From Candidatus Poribacteria bacterium (lineage in GTDB: Bacteria; Poribacteria; WGA-4E; PCPOR2b): a DNA stretch of 64,000 nt. Within the stretch, counting starts at the first letter, position 1; each line of letters opens with the position of its first letter. Location: positions 2,272,001-2,336,000 of the forward strand of contig OZ240245.1 of the NCBI GenBank assembly GCA_965198175.1, read 5' to 3'. The notes below the pieces were generated by a model. That model did not search any database. It worked only from the letters and a program-made list of their open reading frames with translations, and was not told where the DNA came from. This document shows, one piece after another, positions 20,312 through 30,711 of the stretch. A program made the position numbers and the translations under genes.

Positions 20312-21253
20312 TTACTCACTCAATCGTAAGATGGTGCCATTCGCTCCCACAATCCAACCTCGATTTTTATAGATGCAAATGTCCAGAAGGTTTTGCTTGG
20401 CTGTGCTCGATTGTACCGCCCAATTATGTCCGCCATCAGTCGTGTGTAAAATCAACCCATCTTCGCCGATTGCCCAGCCTATTCGTGCTTTCTGAAATGC
20501 GACACCACGCAAAGTTTTCTTTGTATTACTCTTCTGTTTCGCCCAGGTTGTGCCACCATCGGTTGTGTGCAAAATCAAACCGTTAACGCCAACAATCCAC
20601 CCGTTCTGCAGATCGGTGAAATAGACATTGAGCAGTGACTCTTCCGAATTGCTCTGTTGTTCATGCCAGTATGCTCCGCCGTCGCGGGTATGAGAAATGT
20701 TACCTTGCTCTCCAACAATCCAGCCATTCTGATTGTCAACAAAATTCACCGCCCATGCGTGTGTAGCAGCGGGTGACTGTTGTTTTTCCCACCGGCGACC
20801 GCCATTATTCGTGTGGAGAATCGCGCCGCTTCCCCCGACCACCCAACCTTCTACTGGACTCACAAAGTAAAGGTCCAACAATCCATTTTGCGCGGAATTT
20901 CCTTGTCTTGTCCACGATTTGCCGCCGCTTGCGGTGTAATGAATTTGTCCCATCGTATTGATAAGCCAACCGTGGGTCAAGGTCGAAAAATGCACCTTGT
21001 TGATTACTGACTTGGAGATTGCGTTCCTGGGCGATTGTATTGTCCACGTCAAGCCGCCATCCGTTGTGGCCAAAACTACACTGTCAGTGCCAACTGCCCA
21101 TCCATGTCTAGTATCAAAGAAATGTACTCCGTATAAGTGAGCATCTGTCCCTGATTCGATGTATTTCCAATGGAGCTGCTTGGTATCTTGAACACACCCG
21201 AAATAGGCAATGACACCAATCAAGGCTATCAATGCTGCAGTGTACTTCCTCAA
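20312..21253 (-). CDS. YCF48/BNR-repeat beta-propeller lipoprotein
   Basis: Lipobox YFGC; repeated GWxVG..G.ILHTTDGG.TW units. Confidence 0.9.
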   Translation of the reverse strand: MRKYTAALIALIGVIAYFGCVQDTKQLHWKYIESGTDAHLYGVHFFDTRHGWAVGTDSVVLATTDGGLTWTIQSPRNAISKSVINKVHFSTLTHGWLINTMGQIHYTASGGKSWTRQGNSAQNGLLDLYFVSPVEGWVVGGSGAILHTNNGGRRWEKQQSPAATHAWAVNFVDNQNGWIVGEQGNISHTRDGGAYWHEQQSNSEESLLNVYFTDLQNGWIVGVNGLILHTTDGGTTWAKQKSNTKKTLRGVAFQKARIGWAIGEDGLILHTTDGGHNWAVQSSTAKQNLLDICIYKNRGWIVGANGTILRLSE

Positions 21254-21436
21254 GTTGTGTCTCCTTCGTCTTCTTCTTGAGTCTAGTCTGATTAGATGTC
21301 CAAACTATTTAACAAATCTCGTGAGAGTTTTCAGCAGACTCACCTCGGTCACAATGTACTTTGTCTCTTTGTTTCAAGATAGCCTCTAAAGTTTCAAGAA
21401 AAAAACTGGGCGCCGGGTAGAGGAATGGATTTTCTG

Positions 21437-21465
21437 TTGACAAATCGTTAAGGGTATGATATGCT
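21437..21465 (+). promoter_or_regulatory. sigma70-type promoter
   Basis: TTGACA-17 bp-TATGCT with an extended -10 TG. Confidence 0.6.
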
Positions 21466-21518
21466 ATCACCATCTCATAAAGCGAAAGGGGGTGATCATT
21501 CTGTTATTTAGCGGAATG

Positions 21519-21562
21519 GTCGAGGGAGGTGCGACTTTCTAGAAAGTCGCACCTCCCTCGAC
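21519..21562. repeat. Perfect 44-bp palindrome
   Basis: GTCGAGGGAGGTGCGACTTTCT|AGAAAGTCGCACCTCCCTCGAC. Confidence 0.97.
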
Positions 21563-21577
21563 TGTTACTCCAGCTAT

Positions 21578-21608
21578 AAGCGGGGCTATATTTTAGCCCT
21601 GCTTTTTT
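21578..21608 (+). terminator. Rho-independent terminator upstream of dapB
   Basis: AAGCGGGGCTA-TATTT-TAGCCCTGCTT followed by a T tract. Confidence 0.75.
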
Positions 21609-21708
21609 ATTGCTATCAAACACAAAATAGTATATACTCATCGCTTCGAGAATTCGGAAAAACAGATCGAATTGACACCTTATTACCTCTGAAAAAGGAA
21701 GAACAAAA

Positions 21709-22506
21709 ATGATTCGCGTCATTGTTGATGGTGTTTGTGGACGAATGGGCAAACTGATTACACAAGGTGTTACCCGCCAAGAGGATATGCAACTCGTTGG
21801 CGCGGTTGAATACGCCACGCACCCCCAAGTTGGTGAGGATGCTGGCGAGATTACGGGGGTAAGATCGCTTGGTGTTCCCGTGAGTAGCAACCTTTCTGAA
21901 ATTGTCAAAGGCAGCGATGTTGTCATTGAATTTTCGAAACCGGAAGCGACCATTGAAAACCTCCGAACTGTCATTGAAGCAAACCGAGCGATGGTGATTG
22001 GAACAACTGGATTTACCGATAAAGAACTCGCCGAGGTGCATGAACTCACGACCAAAATTCGGTGCGTGATGGCGCCGAATATGAGTGTTGGCGTCAACGT
22101 AATGTTACAGGCGATTCAACTAGTTGCAAAAGCACTCGGTACTGACTACGATGTTGAGGTCATTGAAACTCACCATAACCAAAAGGTGGACGCTCCAAGC
22201 GGGACCGCGCTCCGCATAGCCGAAACCCTCGCTGTCGCCCTTGACAGAAGTCTTCCCGATGTGGGAGTTTACGGTAGGCATGGGATTGTGGGGAAACGTC
22301 CAGAAAAGGAGATTGGGATACACGCCATTCGCGGTGGCGATATCGCTGGCGATCACACAGTACTTTTCGCTGGTGTGGGTGAGCGAATTGAGATTGTGCA
22401 TCGAGCACAGACGCCAGAAGCGTTTGCCAGAGGTGCAATTCGTGCGGCAAGATGGGTTGTAGCAGCACCGCAGGGGCTGCATGACATCGGAGAAGTTTTG
22501 TTCTGA
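21709..22506 (+). CDS. dapB: 4-hydroxy-tetrahydrodipicolinate reductase
   Basis: GVCGRMG, IGTTG, APNMSVG and ETHHNQKVDAPSGTA. Confidence 0.97.
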   Translation: MIRVIVDGVCGRMGKLITQGVTRQEDMQLVGAVEYATHPQVGEDAGEITGVRSLGVPVSSNLSEIVKGSDVVIEFSKPEATIENLRTVIEANRAMVIGTTGFTDKELAEVHELTTKIRCVMAPNMSVGVNVMLQAIQLVAKALGTDYDVEVIETHHNQKVDAPSGTALRIAETLAVALDRSLPDVGVYGRHGIVGKRPEKEIGIHAIRGGDIAGDHTVLFAGVGERIEIVHRAQTPEAFARGAIRAARWVVAAPQGLHDIGEVLF

Positions 22507-22539
22507 CATGTGAAACGTAGAGTGACATATTTTTAGTCG

Positions 22540-23247
22540 TCAATTAGTACCGCAATCATATTGGGGCTTGGTTGGTGATAGTACGCCTTTCTGCTGGTGT
22601 GTCTGTATGTCTCGTAGATTCGAGATAGATTGCATGATTTGTTCGCCTATACGTCGATGCGCTTCTCGTTTGTCTGCAATTTTAAGAATCCCTGTAAAAT
22701 CTATGGGAGGACCAAAGGTCACGTTGAGTTTCGCCGGTCTCAACCATTTCGCATTGCGGGGCATCATCTGTTCTGCCCCCTTGAGAAAGACGGGAATAGT
22801 AGGAACATTGGCGCGATAAACGATGAAACTCGCCCCGCCGAGAGCCTTGCCCAAGACGCCACCGGCACCGCGTGTGCCTTCGGGAAAGATGAGAACGGCG
22901 TTGCCCGTTTTCAAGAGGGATAGCGTGTGCTTGAGAGCGGTTCGATCAGCTTTACCTCGATGCACGGGGTAGGCGTTGAGCGCGGCGATCAGCCAACGCA
23001 GGCCTGGAACCCGAAACAAATTGTGCCTAGCCATGAAATGGAGTTCTCGGTTTACAGCGGTTCCGATGATGACAGGATCGGGGAGACTCACATGGTTCGA
23101 CACCAAAAGAACACCGCCATGCGGAGGAACATTTTCACTGCCGTAGGATTCAAGCTTTCCTAGGGCGTTAAAGAAAAAGGAGGTAATCCGGTGCGTCCGA
23201 CGATAAACAGGCTGATGTGTCCGAAAGCTGTATTTCCGCCGTTGCAT
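22540..23247 (-). CDS. plsC: 1-acyl-sn-glycerol-3-phosphate acyltransferase
   Basis: NHVSLPD and FPEGTR; coupled to cmk by TAATG. Confidence 0.92.
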   Translation of the reverse strand: MQRRKYSFRTHQPVYRRTHRITSFFFNALGKLESYGSENVPPHGGVLLVSNHVSLPDPVIIGTAVNRELHFMARHNLFRVPGLRWLIAALNAYPVHRGKADRTALKHTLSLLKTGNAVLIFPEGTRGAGGVLGKALGGASFIVYRANVPTIPVFLKGAEQMMPRNAKWLRPAKLNVTFGPPIDFTGILKIADKREAHRRIGEQIMQSISNLRDIQTHQQKGVLSPTKPQYDCGTN

Positions 23248-23912
23248 TATAGACCTCGAATCTGTTCTATAACAAAATCAACGACTTGATTGATTGTCAT
23301 ATCGGTTGTGTTGACAACGATAGCATCTTCGGCTGTTCGTAGGGGGCTATGTTCACGAGAGCAATCCTTAGCATCCCGGGCGCAGATTTCCTCTTGAATC
23401 CCCTCTAGCGTGCAATCAACCCCTTTGGCTTTCAGTTCTGTGAACCGTCGCCTTGCCCGTTCTTCGACTGAGGCAGTTAGATAAAATTTGTGATCCGCGT
23501 TCGGAAACACAACTGTCGTGACATCGCGACCTTCGGCAATGATCGCACTATTTTCGCCTATCCGGCGCTGCTGCTTGACAATTTCATTTCGCAGTTCAGG
23601 GACCCTTGAAATGTCTGAGACCACACTGTTAATCTCCGGCGTTCGGATTGCATCTGAGACATCTTCGCCATTGAGCAACGTAATCTTTCCGTTATCAGCG
23701 AAGTCGATTTGACACGTCTGCACTAGCCGAATCAACCCTGGAATATTTGTCGGAGATACACCCGTGCGAATGAATTGTAGAGTTACTGCACGGTACATCG
23801 CACCGGAATCAAGGTAGAGACAGTCCAACTTCTCGGCGACGCATTGAGTGACCGTGCTCTTGCCTGAACCGGCAGGTCCGTCTATAGCAATCGTCAAGCG
23901 TCTATTAGTCAT
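23247..23912 (-). CDS. cmk: Cytidylate kinase
   Basis: IAIDGPAGSGKST, YLDSGAMYR and EGRD. Confidence 0.97.
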   Translation of the reverse strand: MTNRRLTIAIDGPAGSGKSTVTQCVAEKLDCLYLDSGAMYRAVTLQFIRTGVSPTNIPGLIRLVQTCQIDFADNGKITLLNGEDVSDAIRTPEINSVVSDISRVPELRNEIVKQQRRIGENSAIIAEGRDVTTVVFPNADHKFYLTASVEERARRRFTELKAKGVDCTLEGIQEEICARDAKDCSREHSPLRTAEDAIVVNTTDMTINQVVDFVIEQIRGL

Positions 23913-24814
23913 CCCTCCCACGAGTCCCTTATGCTTTTTGAGGCTTTCAGGATGCGCTCAATTTCGTTTACGTTTCGATCCTCAAGTAAAGATTTAAATT
24001 GGGAAAGATTCTCAATCACGGCATCAATCATCGGTTGTAGTGCAGGAGTGTTCTGCAAAAAAATACCTCTCCAAATCTCCGGTGAACCGGAGGCAATTCG
24101 TGTGGTATCGCGGAAGCCATTCGCAGCGAAGTCCAATGCCTTTACGGAATCAGCCTCAATCCGTCCCACCGTATTTGTCAAAATGGAAGCAATCAGGTGT
24201 GGAAGATGGCTTGCGCCTGCGATAAGAAGGTCATGCTGATCTGGATCAAGCAGATGAACTTTTGCCCCAACGAACTTCCAAAGCTCAATAACGCATGCTA
24301 ACGCCTGCGAGTCGGTATCTTCAGTTGGCGTCACAATGCACTTTGCCTCTTTGAAAAGATCTGCACGAGCAGAAGCAACTCCAGTTTTTTCAGAGCCTGC
24401 CATTGGATGCGATCCAACAAATCGCAAGTTCTTACGTTTTTGAGCTTTCAGGAAACTATTGACTTCTTTAACAATCTGTCCTTTGACGCCACCGACATCG
24501 GTGATAAACAAAGATGCTGAGTCAGATCTAATGCTCTCGGCGCACTTTGAGACACGCTTCACTGTGGATGTTACGCGATCTACAGGGATACCAATGACAA
24601 CGAGATCAGTGTCACGAATTGCTGCTGCAAAGTCCGTTGTACCATGGTCAATCGCACCGCGTTCGAGAGCAACTTCGAGCGTGCTCATTCGCCTTCCCAG
24701 CCCGATGATTTTGCCTCGGAAACCCTTAGCTTTCAGGGCTAATCCGATCGATCCACCAATCAAACCGGCGCCCAAGATTGTAATATTTCGAATCTTGAGA
24801 AAGTCATCAGTCAT
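23909..24814 (-). CDS. tyrA: Prephenate/arogenate dehydrogenase
   Basis: GAGLIGGS, HPMAGSE, SHLPH and GFRDTTRIA. Confidence 0.95.
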   Translation of the reverse strand: MTDDFLKIRNITILGAGLIGGSIGLALKAKGFRGKIIGLGRRMSTLEVALERGAIDHGTTDFAAAIRDTDLVVIGIPVDRVTSTVKRVSKCAESIRSDSASLFITDVGGVKGQIVKEVNSFLKAQKRKNLRFVGSHPMAGSEKTGVASARADLFKEAKCIVTPTEDTDSQALACVIELWKFVGAKVHLLDPDQHDLLIAGASHLPHLIASILTNTVGRIEADSVKALDFAANGFRDTTRIASGSPEIWRGIFLQNTPALQPMIDAVIENLSQFKSLLEDRNVNEIERILKASKSIRDSWEG

Positions 24815-25428
24815 GTTTTGCGTATGTCTCTCGATCTGTCAAGTAGGCAAATCTGCGTCGCGGCAGACCTACTGTCTCTCGGGGACGAATTCTACTATCT
24901 GCTGCAGGAAGTCCTGAAATCAACGCTTGTGTGAGCCCGCTTCTTCTTGTACCGTATGTTGTACGCAGATTTCTTCGCACCAAATATTGCGCAGCTAGTC
25001 TTTAATAATGGTGCTCATCGGCGCATCTATTACCCTGGAATATTCCCTAAACCACTGAAGCATTTTCTTCCATTCTCATGTTAAACAGCTTCCCTCTTGT
25101 TCGTATTTGCTAAAGCCCTCTTCTGTAGTTACCCGTAACGGCATTATATCATTCTGTTGATACCCTGTCAACCACAAAAGCCTTCTGCTACAGAGTGGCG
25201 AAACGAACGGGTGAGCAGGCTTAAAGCCTACCGCTTCTCGCCCGGCGGCAACCGGCTACCAATCGCTTAAAATCTAGGTCTGGCTTGGCTATCTGTGCCG
25301 AATTGACGACGCATAAACTCCTGAGATCTTATGTAGAACTGACAGTTTTTAATTGTATAGTAAGGGACAATAGGGGGAAGCGAGGAAAAAGAAGAGTGGG
25401 TTTGTTTCACACATTAAATCTTCGAATC

Positions 25429-26490
25429 TTACTTAGGCACTAGGTTTTGTAAGTCTTCTTCAAGACTCTTAATCGCTGCAAGAACACTCGGATCCGGATA
25501 AAGCTGGTGTGCTTTCTGGTAGGCTCTAAGGGCGGCTTCTGGGTCCTGGCGGAAGGCATGATTTATCTCTCCCATTTTCTGCCATGCATCAATTCGGCTT
25601 GGATCAAGATCCACAATGTGTTCATAGACCTTGAGCGCTTCGTCGTAGAAACGGACATCTCCCACGCCACGCTCAAGGCCTTGTGCCTGATCGTAGAGCA
25701 AATTGATAAGGTCTTCTTTCGCCTCAGTAAAGTTCGGCCGGATTGCCACAACTTCCTCAAGAATCGCAATTGCATTATCCGTCAACTCTCCAATTTCGGT
25801 AAGTTCCGCGGCTGTCAGGTCGCGGTCAACATACTCGAAATCTTGGACGATTCGCCTATAGGTTCGTGAAAGCTGCAATCGGGCGAGCAAACCGATTGGC
25901 GCCGGTTCAAACGGCAATTGGACTAATGCGGGGTCGTTTTTGATAGCCTGCTTGTGGTAGTAAATGGCTTCCTTGTAATGTTTTGCGCCTTGATATAATA
26001 ACCCTAAGGTATAACATGCTTCTGGATGAGTTGAGTCTTTTTCGAGCACATGAAGAAATTCTTCTGTTGCCGCAGCCTTTTCACCATACCCGAACAGCAA
26101 CTTTCCGCGGAGCAGATGTACACCAAAGTGATCTGGTTGAATTTTCGCTACGTGCTCAAGATGCGCTTCTGAATCTTCATTCCAGTTGCTGTGAAAGTAA
26201 ATTTCAGCGACCCGCAAGTGAGCATGAAGCAAGCTCTTGTCCAATCGATCTGTCCGATCTGACCATTCCTGCTTTGACATTTCGACGGATTGAATTGCTC
26301 GCCAGTAGGCAACCAGCGCTCTCACTAAATCCTGTCTGGCGAAGTCAGCGTCGCCTTGTTTGATGAACGCTTGTGCCTGCGTTAGAGATGGTGAGATTGC
26401 CTCGGTACCAGCGCCCTTTGTATACAGGAACATTAGGACGATAAATAAGAGCACAACCATTGCTTCGAGGTAGAGTAACCACTTGCGCAT
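25429..26490 (-). CDS. TPR-repeat protein with N-terminal membrane anchor
   Basis: N-terminal TM segment and several TPR-like helical repeats. Confidence 0.85.
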   Translation of the reverse strand: MRKWLLYLEAMVVLLFIVLMFLYTKGAGTEAISPSLTQAQAFIKQGDADFARQDLVRALVAYWRAIQSVEMSKQEWSDRTDRLDKSLLHAHLRVAEIYFHSNWNEDSEAHLEHVAKIQPDHFGVHLLRGKLLFGYGEKAAATEEFLHVLEKDSTHPEACYTLGLLYQGAKHYKEAIYYHKQAIKNDPALVQLPFEPAPIGLLARLQLSRTYRRIVQDFEYVDRDLTAAELTEIGELTDNAIAILEEVVAIRPNFTEAKEDLINLLYDQAQGLERGVGDVRFYDEALKVYEHIVDLDPSRIDAWQKMGEINHAFRQDPEAALRAYQKAHQLYPDPSVLAAIKSLEEDLQNLVPK

Positions 26491-26554
26491 AAAAATTTCC
26501 TTTCATCAGTGAAACGAAAAACTGAAACTTCATGCTTCACTCGCTTCATATCTT

Positions 26555-28408
26555 TTACTGAATATCCTCCACAAGTGTCAAGAATTCTTTAGAATCAACA
26601 AATTTTTCAATCCGTTTTTGATGTAACTCATTGCCTTTAGAGTCATAGAAAATCACAACAGGCAAGCCAACAATGCTGTATTTTTTCTTCAGCCGCTCAA
26701 CTTCATCTGAATTTCTAGTGAAGTCCAGCTTGATATTTACAAATTGCGATAGTTTCGATTGCACGGTGGGATTGGAATAGGTTTTGTGGTCCAGTTCGTT
26801 GCAAGCAGCGCACCATGTTGCGTAGAAATCGAGCATGACAGGTTTACCTTCTCTTTGCGCAATCTCTATCCCTTTCGCTTCACTGATAACCCAGTCTAAA
26901 TCACTTTCCACTGTTGTCAAGCCGCCAATTATCATGTACAATCCAATAACCGCGAACAAAATTCCAAAAGCCTTACGAAACCGCACCCAACGGGACAGAT
27001 CTTTGAACCGCTGCCTAAAGTTTCCTAGCAGTACGCCGAGCAGCACTAACACCCCGGCAATGGCGAAAAACTCCCAAGAATGTCGTAGGAAAGTTCGCAA
27101 CGGTTCGATGACATCTTTGAGAAAATACAATGCCACCGTTATAATCGCAACGCCAAATATGTTCTCCAGTACATACATCCAGACGCCGGATCGCGGTAGA
27201 ATGACGCCTGAAAACGTACCGATCACGATGAACAACAACCCCATACCGAGGGCATAGGTGAGCATTAGCCAGAATCCAAGAAAAATGTCGCTTGTTGTGG
27301 CAATGTAAGCGAGAACTGCGCCCAATGCAGGTCCTGTGCAAGGCGCAGCGATTATTCCTGCAACGGTGCCCATTCCAAATGCCCCGGCAAATCCGACGCC
27401 ACCGACACGATTTAGCTTGTTTTGTACTGCGTGAGGCAGACGAATCTCGTACAGGCCAATCATTGAAAGTCCAAGCGCAATCAAGACTGCACAAACAGGA
27501 ATTATCACTCTTGCGTCCGCCATAATTTCCCCAAAAACTGCCCCGGTTTGGGCAACAGCCATACCCAGGATTGCATAGGTTAGCGCAATACCTAGCACAT
27601 AAGTTACAGACAAAAGAAAGGATCTGAAGCGATTTGTAGATTCACCTGCCCCAAAGACCGAAACGGTAATTGGAATTAGTGGGTAAACACACGGTGTAAG
27701 GCTTGTGAGAATTCCGCCTCCAAACACTAAGAGAAATGCCCAGAAAAGACCTTTCGATAACGCTTGAGACAACTTCCCGGTCTCACTCGTTGTAATCGCG
27801 CGGTTAGCCAAATTGCCGAAATTTACACCGGCAAAGATTTCATTGTTAATTGGTTGGATTGACTCGTTCAGCCCTACAACCTCAATTGGCACATCCACCG
27901 TGATTGTCTTTGGTAACAGGCAGGTTTCGTCACTACACGCCTGGTATTTCAATTGAAACGACAGTGTTTTCTTACCGAGTTGGGCAGTTTCACTCAAAGT
28001 TGCCTGAATACCGATTGTTACTTCATTATGGTAGACGGGCACGGGATCTTCACCAAGGGATGCAATCTTCAATAAATCGCCCTTTGGATATACAATTTCT
28101 TTGAAGGTCACATCCGTTATGTCGGGGAGGATAGCTTCGGTCGGTATCAAGTAGTCCCCTCCGGAAGGATTCGCATTCGCGTGCCACCCTTTCGCAAACT
28201 TCATCACAATACCAATGAGGAACATACTGCCAGGCTGCACCTTATCCACCGACAATACATCATGCACTGTGACAATTTTAGTTGTTTCGGGTTTCTCCTG
28301 CGGCAGTCCGAGGCTTGAGAGTTGTGCCCAAGGGGTGATAGGCATACCGATGTATAAAGAAATAAAGAGTAAGGACAATCCGAGGGTGGAAATCGACTTT
28401 CTAATCAT
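26555..28408 (-). CDS. dsbD: Thiol:disulfide interchange protein DsbD
   Basis: N-domain YQACSDETCLLP, TM LTPCVYP and APCTGP, C-terminal thioredoxin WCAAC. Confidence 0.95.
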   Translation of the reverse strand: MIRKSISTLGLSLLFISLYIGMPITPWAQLSSLGLPQEKPETTKIVTVHDVLSVDKVQPGSMFLIGIVMKFAKGWHANANPSGGDYLIPTEAILPDITDVTFKEIVYPKGDLLKIASLGEDPVPVYHNEVTIGIQATLSETAQLGKKTLSFQLKYQACSDETCLLPKTITVDVPIEVVGLNESIQPINNEIFAGVNFGNLANRAITTSETGKLSQALSKGLFWAFLLVFGGGILTSLTPCVYPLIPITVSVFGAGESTNRFRSFLLSVTYVLGIALTYAILGMAVAQTGAVFGEIMADARVIIPVCAVLIALGLSMIGLYEIRLPHAVQNKLNRVGGVGFAGAFGMGTVAGIIAAPCTGPALGAVLAYIATTSDIFLGFWLMLTYALGMGLLFIVIGTFSGVILPRSGVWMYVLENIFGVAIITVALYFLKDVIEPLRTFLRHSWEFFAIAGVLVLLGVLLGNFRQRFKDLSRWVRFRKAFGILFAVIGLYMIIGGLTTVESDLDWVISEAKGIEIAQREGKPVMLDFYATWCAACNELDHKTYSNPTVQSKLSQFVNIKLDFTRNSDEVERLKKKYSIVGLPVVIFYDSKGNELHQKRIEKFVDSKEFLTLVEDIQ

Positions 28409-28585
28409 CGTTAAAATCTCCTTTAGTGGAGGGATAACACAAACCAGTGCACTGTGTGAGCAAAACCTTAGTCATGCCTATCGCGAAGATTCCCTGTGAA
28501 GGCAACCGGGTAAAACGGCTGTTTTTTTAATTTCTGAATTCACTATCAATCCGTAAAATCCCACCGTCTGTTTCTAAACCTCGTG

Positions 28586-29152
28586 TCATCTTCCTCTAGC
28601 AATTTGTTGTAGAGCCGCAGCTTGTAATTCTGCACGGTATCTCAATCCAGACGCTTCGGCATTTTGCAGGCTCATCAAGAGATCGGTTTTTAACTCTTTA
28701 AGGGTTGCCCAGCGAGCGTCAGCAATCTCTTTTGTATCCACTGGCCGTAGGTGACCACCGACTGCTTGAGCGGTAAACACGTGAGATGTCCAGAAAACAA
28801 CTGTATCCTCAAATGAAAAGTCAACATACACCTTAAGGAGATATTTCTGAAGTTGTATTTCTAAACCCGTCTCTTCGTACGCTTCACGCAGTACCCCAGT
28901 TTCAAAGTCCTCCCCCGGCTCAATACCACCACTAGGTGGACGGTAAACACCAGGAGGATAGCTTGGTTTTCGGATAACAGCGATTTTATCCCCTTTGAAA
29001 ATAAAGGGTGTTACATCGTGAGCCCTTCCATCTCTCATACTCCACTGCAGTAGTTCAAACGACTGCTGATTCATCGCGTAGGCGGTGCGAAGGATCTGTG
29101 GTACTCCATACTTCTGTTCGAGTTGATTTAAAACTTGCTCGGTGACATACAT
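28586..29152 (-). CDS. NUDIX hydrolase
   Basis: Nudix box GGIEPGEDFETGVLREAYEETGL. Confidence 0.9.
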   Translation of the reverse strand: MYVTEQVLNQLEQKYGVPQILRTAYAMNQQSFELLQWSMRDGRAHDVTPFIFKGDKIAVIRKPSYPPGVYRPPSGGIEPGEDFETGVLREAYEETGLEIQLQKYLLKVYVDFSFEDTVVFWTSHVFTAQAVGGHLRPVDTKEIADARWATLKELKTDLLMSLQNAEASGLRYRAELQAAALQQIARGR

Positions 29153-29237
29153 GTTGCAGCGCTGAAGCGTGAGGCGTAAGCGGTGAATGTGCTTCTGAGC
29201 AAAAAAAGGGATATCCCTAATCGGATCTGTCAATTTG

Positions 29238-30566
29238 CTAAATTCCGGAGACGAAGCGTCCCGGATTCAATAGATTGAGTGGATCGAGCCTCGCTTTAAT
29301 CTGTTGCATTAATTTTAGGCTGCCGCCGATTGGGCCCCAAATGTCAATCTGATGCTTAATCGCCGTTGGAGCTGATTCGACAATCAGGTTGCCCCCGACA
29401 CCATGTACCTTATCGCGCAACCTAGCAATCACATTTGTGGCGGATGTCGTTAGAGCTGTATCGTTTGGGGGTACGGAAAAGGCAATATAAACAACCCCAT
29501 TACCTATGAGTCCCATGGCCCGCAAGTCGTGCAAGTCATGGCTTTGAGAGAGCGCAGCCCTAATGAATTCTTCGGTGTCTGTCATTTGGAGATTAGCCTT
29601 ACAAATAACCATTTGAGGTTCCCTTTCGGGAAAAGCAGATATTGATGTCCGGAGATCTCGCTGACGTACACCATCATAAACTTCCACACCTGTTGCGCCA
29701 TATTGCTTCGCTATTGATTGTACTTGGTTAATCTGCCAATCCACAGTCTCGGGGTGTCCATCTAGTCCAATCATAAGGCAGGGCACAGCGATTTCAACCG
29801 ATGGCACACCTCCCACGATCAGATTCAGAAAAATTGGCAAAAGTTGAGAATTCGCTATCTCCATCCCCAAACTTGAAGCTTGCGCAATATTCCCAAAGGT
29901 TACTAGAATTGTACGTTCAACCTCTGGCAACGGGTCCAGCTTGAACGTGAGTTCCGTGATAATACCTAAGGTGCCCAACGACCCAAGGTACAGCTTATTC
30001 AGATCGTAACCTGCAACATTTTTGACAACTTTTCCACCGCTTTTCACAACAGTTCCGTTCGACTGGACAACTCGCATACCAAGCACACGATTTCGCGAGG
30101 TGCCATAACACAGGCATGATGGACCACTAGAATTTGCCGCGGCAATACCGCCAACTGTTGCATGAGTGGGGTAAGGCGGATCAAGCGGCAAGCATTGTCC
30201 ATTTTCAGCTAGTTTCGCCTGAAGGTCGGCGAGCCGAACCCCAGCTTGCACCGTGACAGTCAAATCAGCCGGCTCGTATTCGAGTACGTCCTTAAGCCTT
30301 AAGGTCGAAACGATCAGATCGACCCTTTCAGGCGGATTCCCAATTCCCAGCTTTGTGCCGCTGCCCGCGGGGACAACAGATAGCTTGTTATTAGCAGCAT
30401 AAGTTAATACATCTTGAATTTCACGGATTGAAGTGGGTAAAACCACAGCTTTGGGTAGAACGTCATCAACGGCATACCGATCAAGCTGGTCCTTGGGAAG
30501 CATACCCACTTCATCAACGATTTGACTCAGATCGCTACGCAACTGGTTTGTGATTGGTTCTGTCAT
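29238..30566 (-). CDS. glcE: FAD-binding oxidase subunit GlcE
   Basis: YEPADLTVTVQAG, GGKVVKNVAGYDL and DPLNLLNPGRF. Confidence 0.9.
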   Translation of the reverse strand: MTEPITNQLRSDLSQIVDEVGMLPKDQLDRYAVDDVLPKAVVLPTSIREIQDVLTYAANNKLSVVPAGSGTKLGIGNPPERVDLIVSTLRLKDVLEYEPADLTVTVQAGVRLADLQAKLAENGQCLPLDPPYPTHATVGGIAAANSSGPSCLCYGTSRNRVLGMRVVQSNGTVVKSGGKVVKNVAGYDLNKLYLGSLGTLGIITELTFKLDPLPEVERTILVTFGNIAQASSLGMEIANSQLLPIFLNLIVGGVPSVEIAVPCLMIGLDGHPETVDWQINQVQSIAKQYGATGVEVYDGVRQRDLRTSISAFPEREPQMVICKANLQMTDTEEFIRAALSQSHDLHDLRAMGLIGNGVVYIAFSVPPNDTALTTSATNVIARLRDKVHGVGGNLIVESAPTAIKHQIDIWGPIGGSLKLMQQIKARLDPLNLLNPGRFVSGI

Positions 30567-30711
30567 TTTGAGGTTAACGGTTGAAAAGAGGCAATCCCTC
30601 TTCTTCTCTCCTTTCTTCATCAAAGCTGTCCAATTTGACGATTATCTGTGTGGAGAGTGGTTAATTATGAAGAAGTCACCTCTTGAGCAAGCTCTGTTTC
30701 AGTGTTTCACT

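Noticed and set aside
21470..21700. Lysine riboswitch or T-box upstream of dapB
   Set aside because: The characteristic conserved motifs and length were not seen.
21504..22097. Long antisense ORFs overlapping dapB and similar shadow ORFs across the window
   Set aside because: They lie opposite well-supported genes and have no motifs or RBS.
24830..25330. Intergenic region upstream of tyrA with GTCAACCAC and GGCTTAAAGCC (IS200/IS605- or HEARO-like hints) and a broken minus-strand ORF
   Set aside because: The resemblance is limited to a few bases; no coherent structure or family could be supported.
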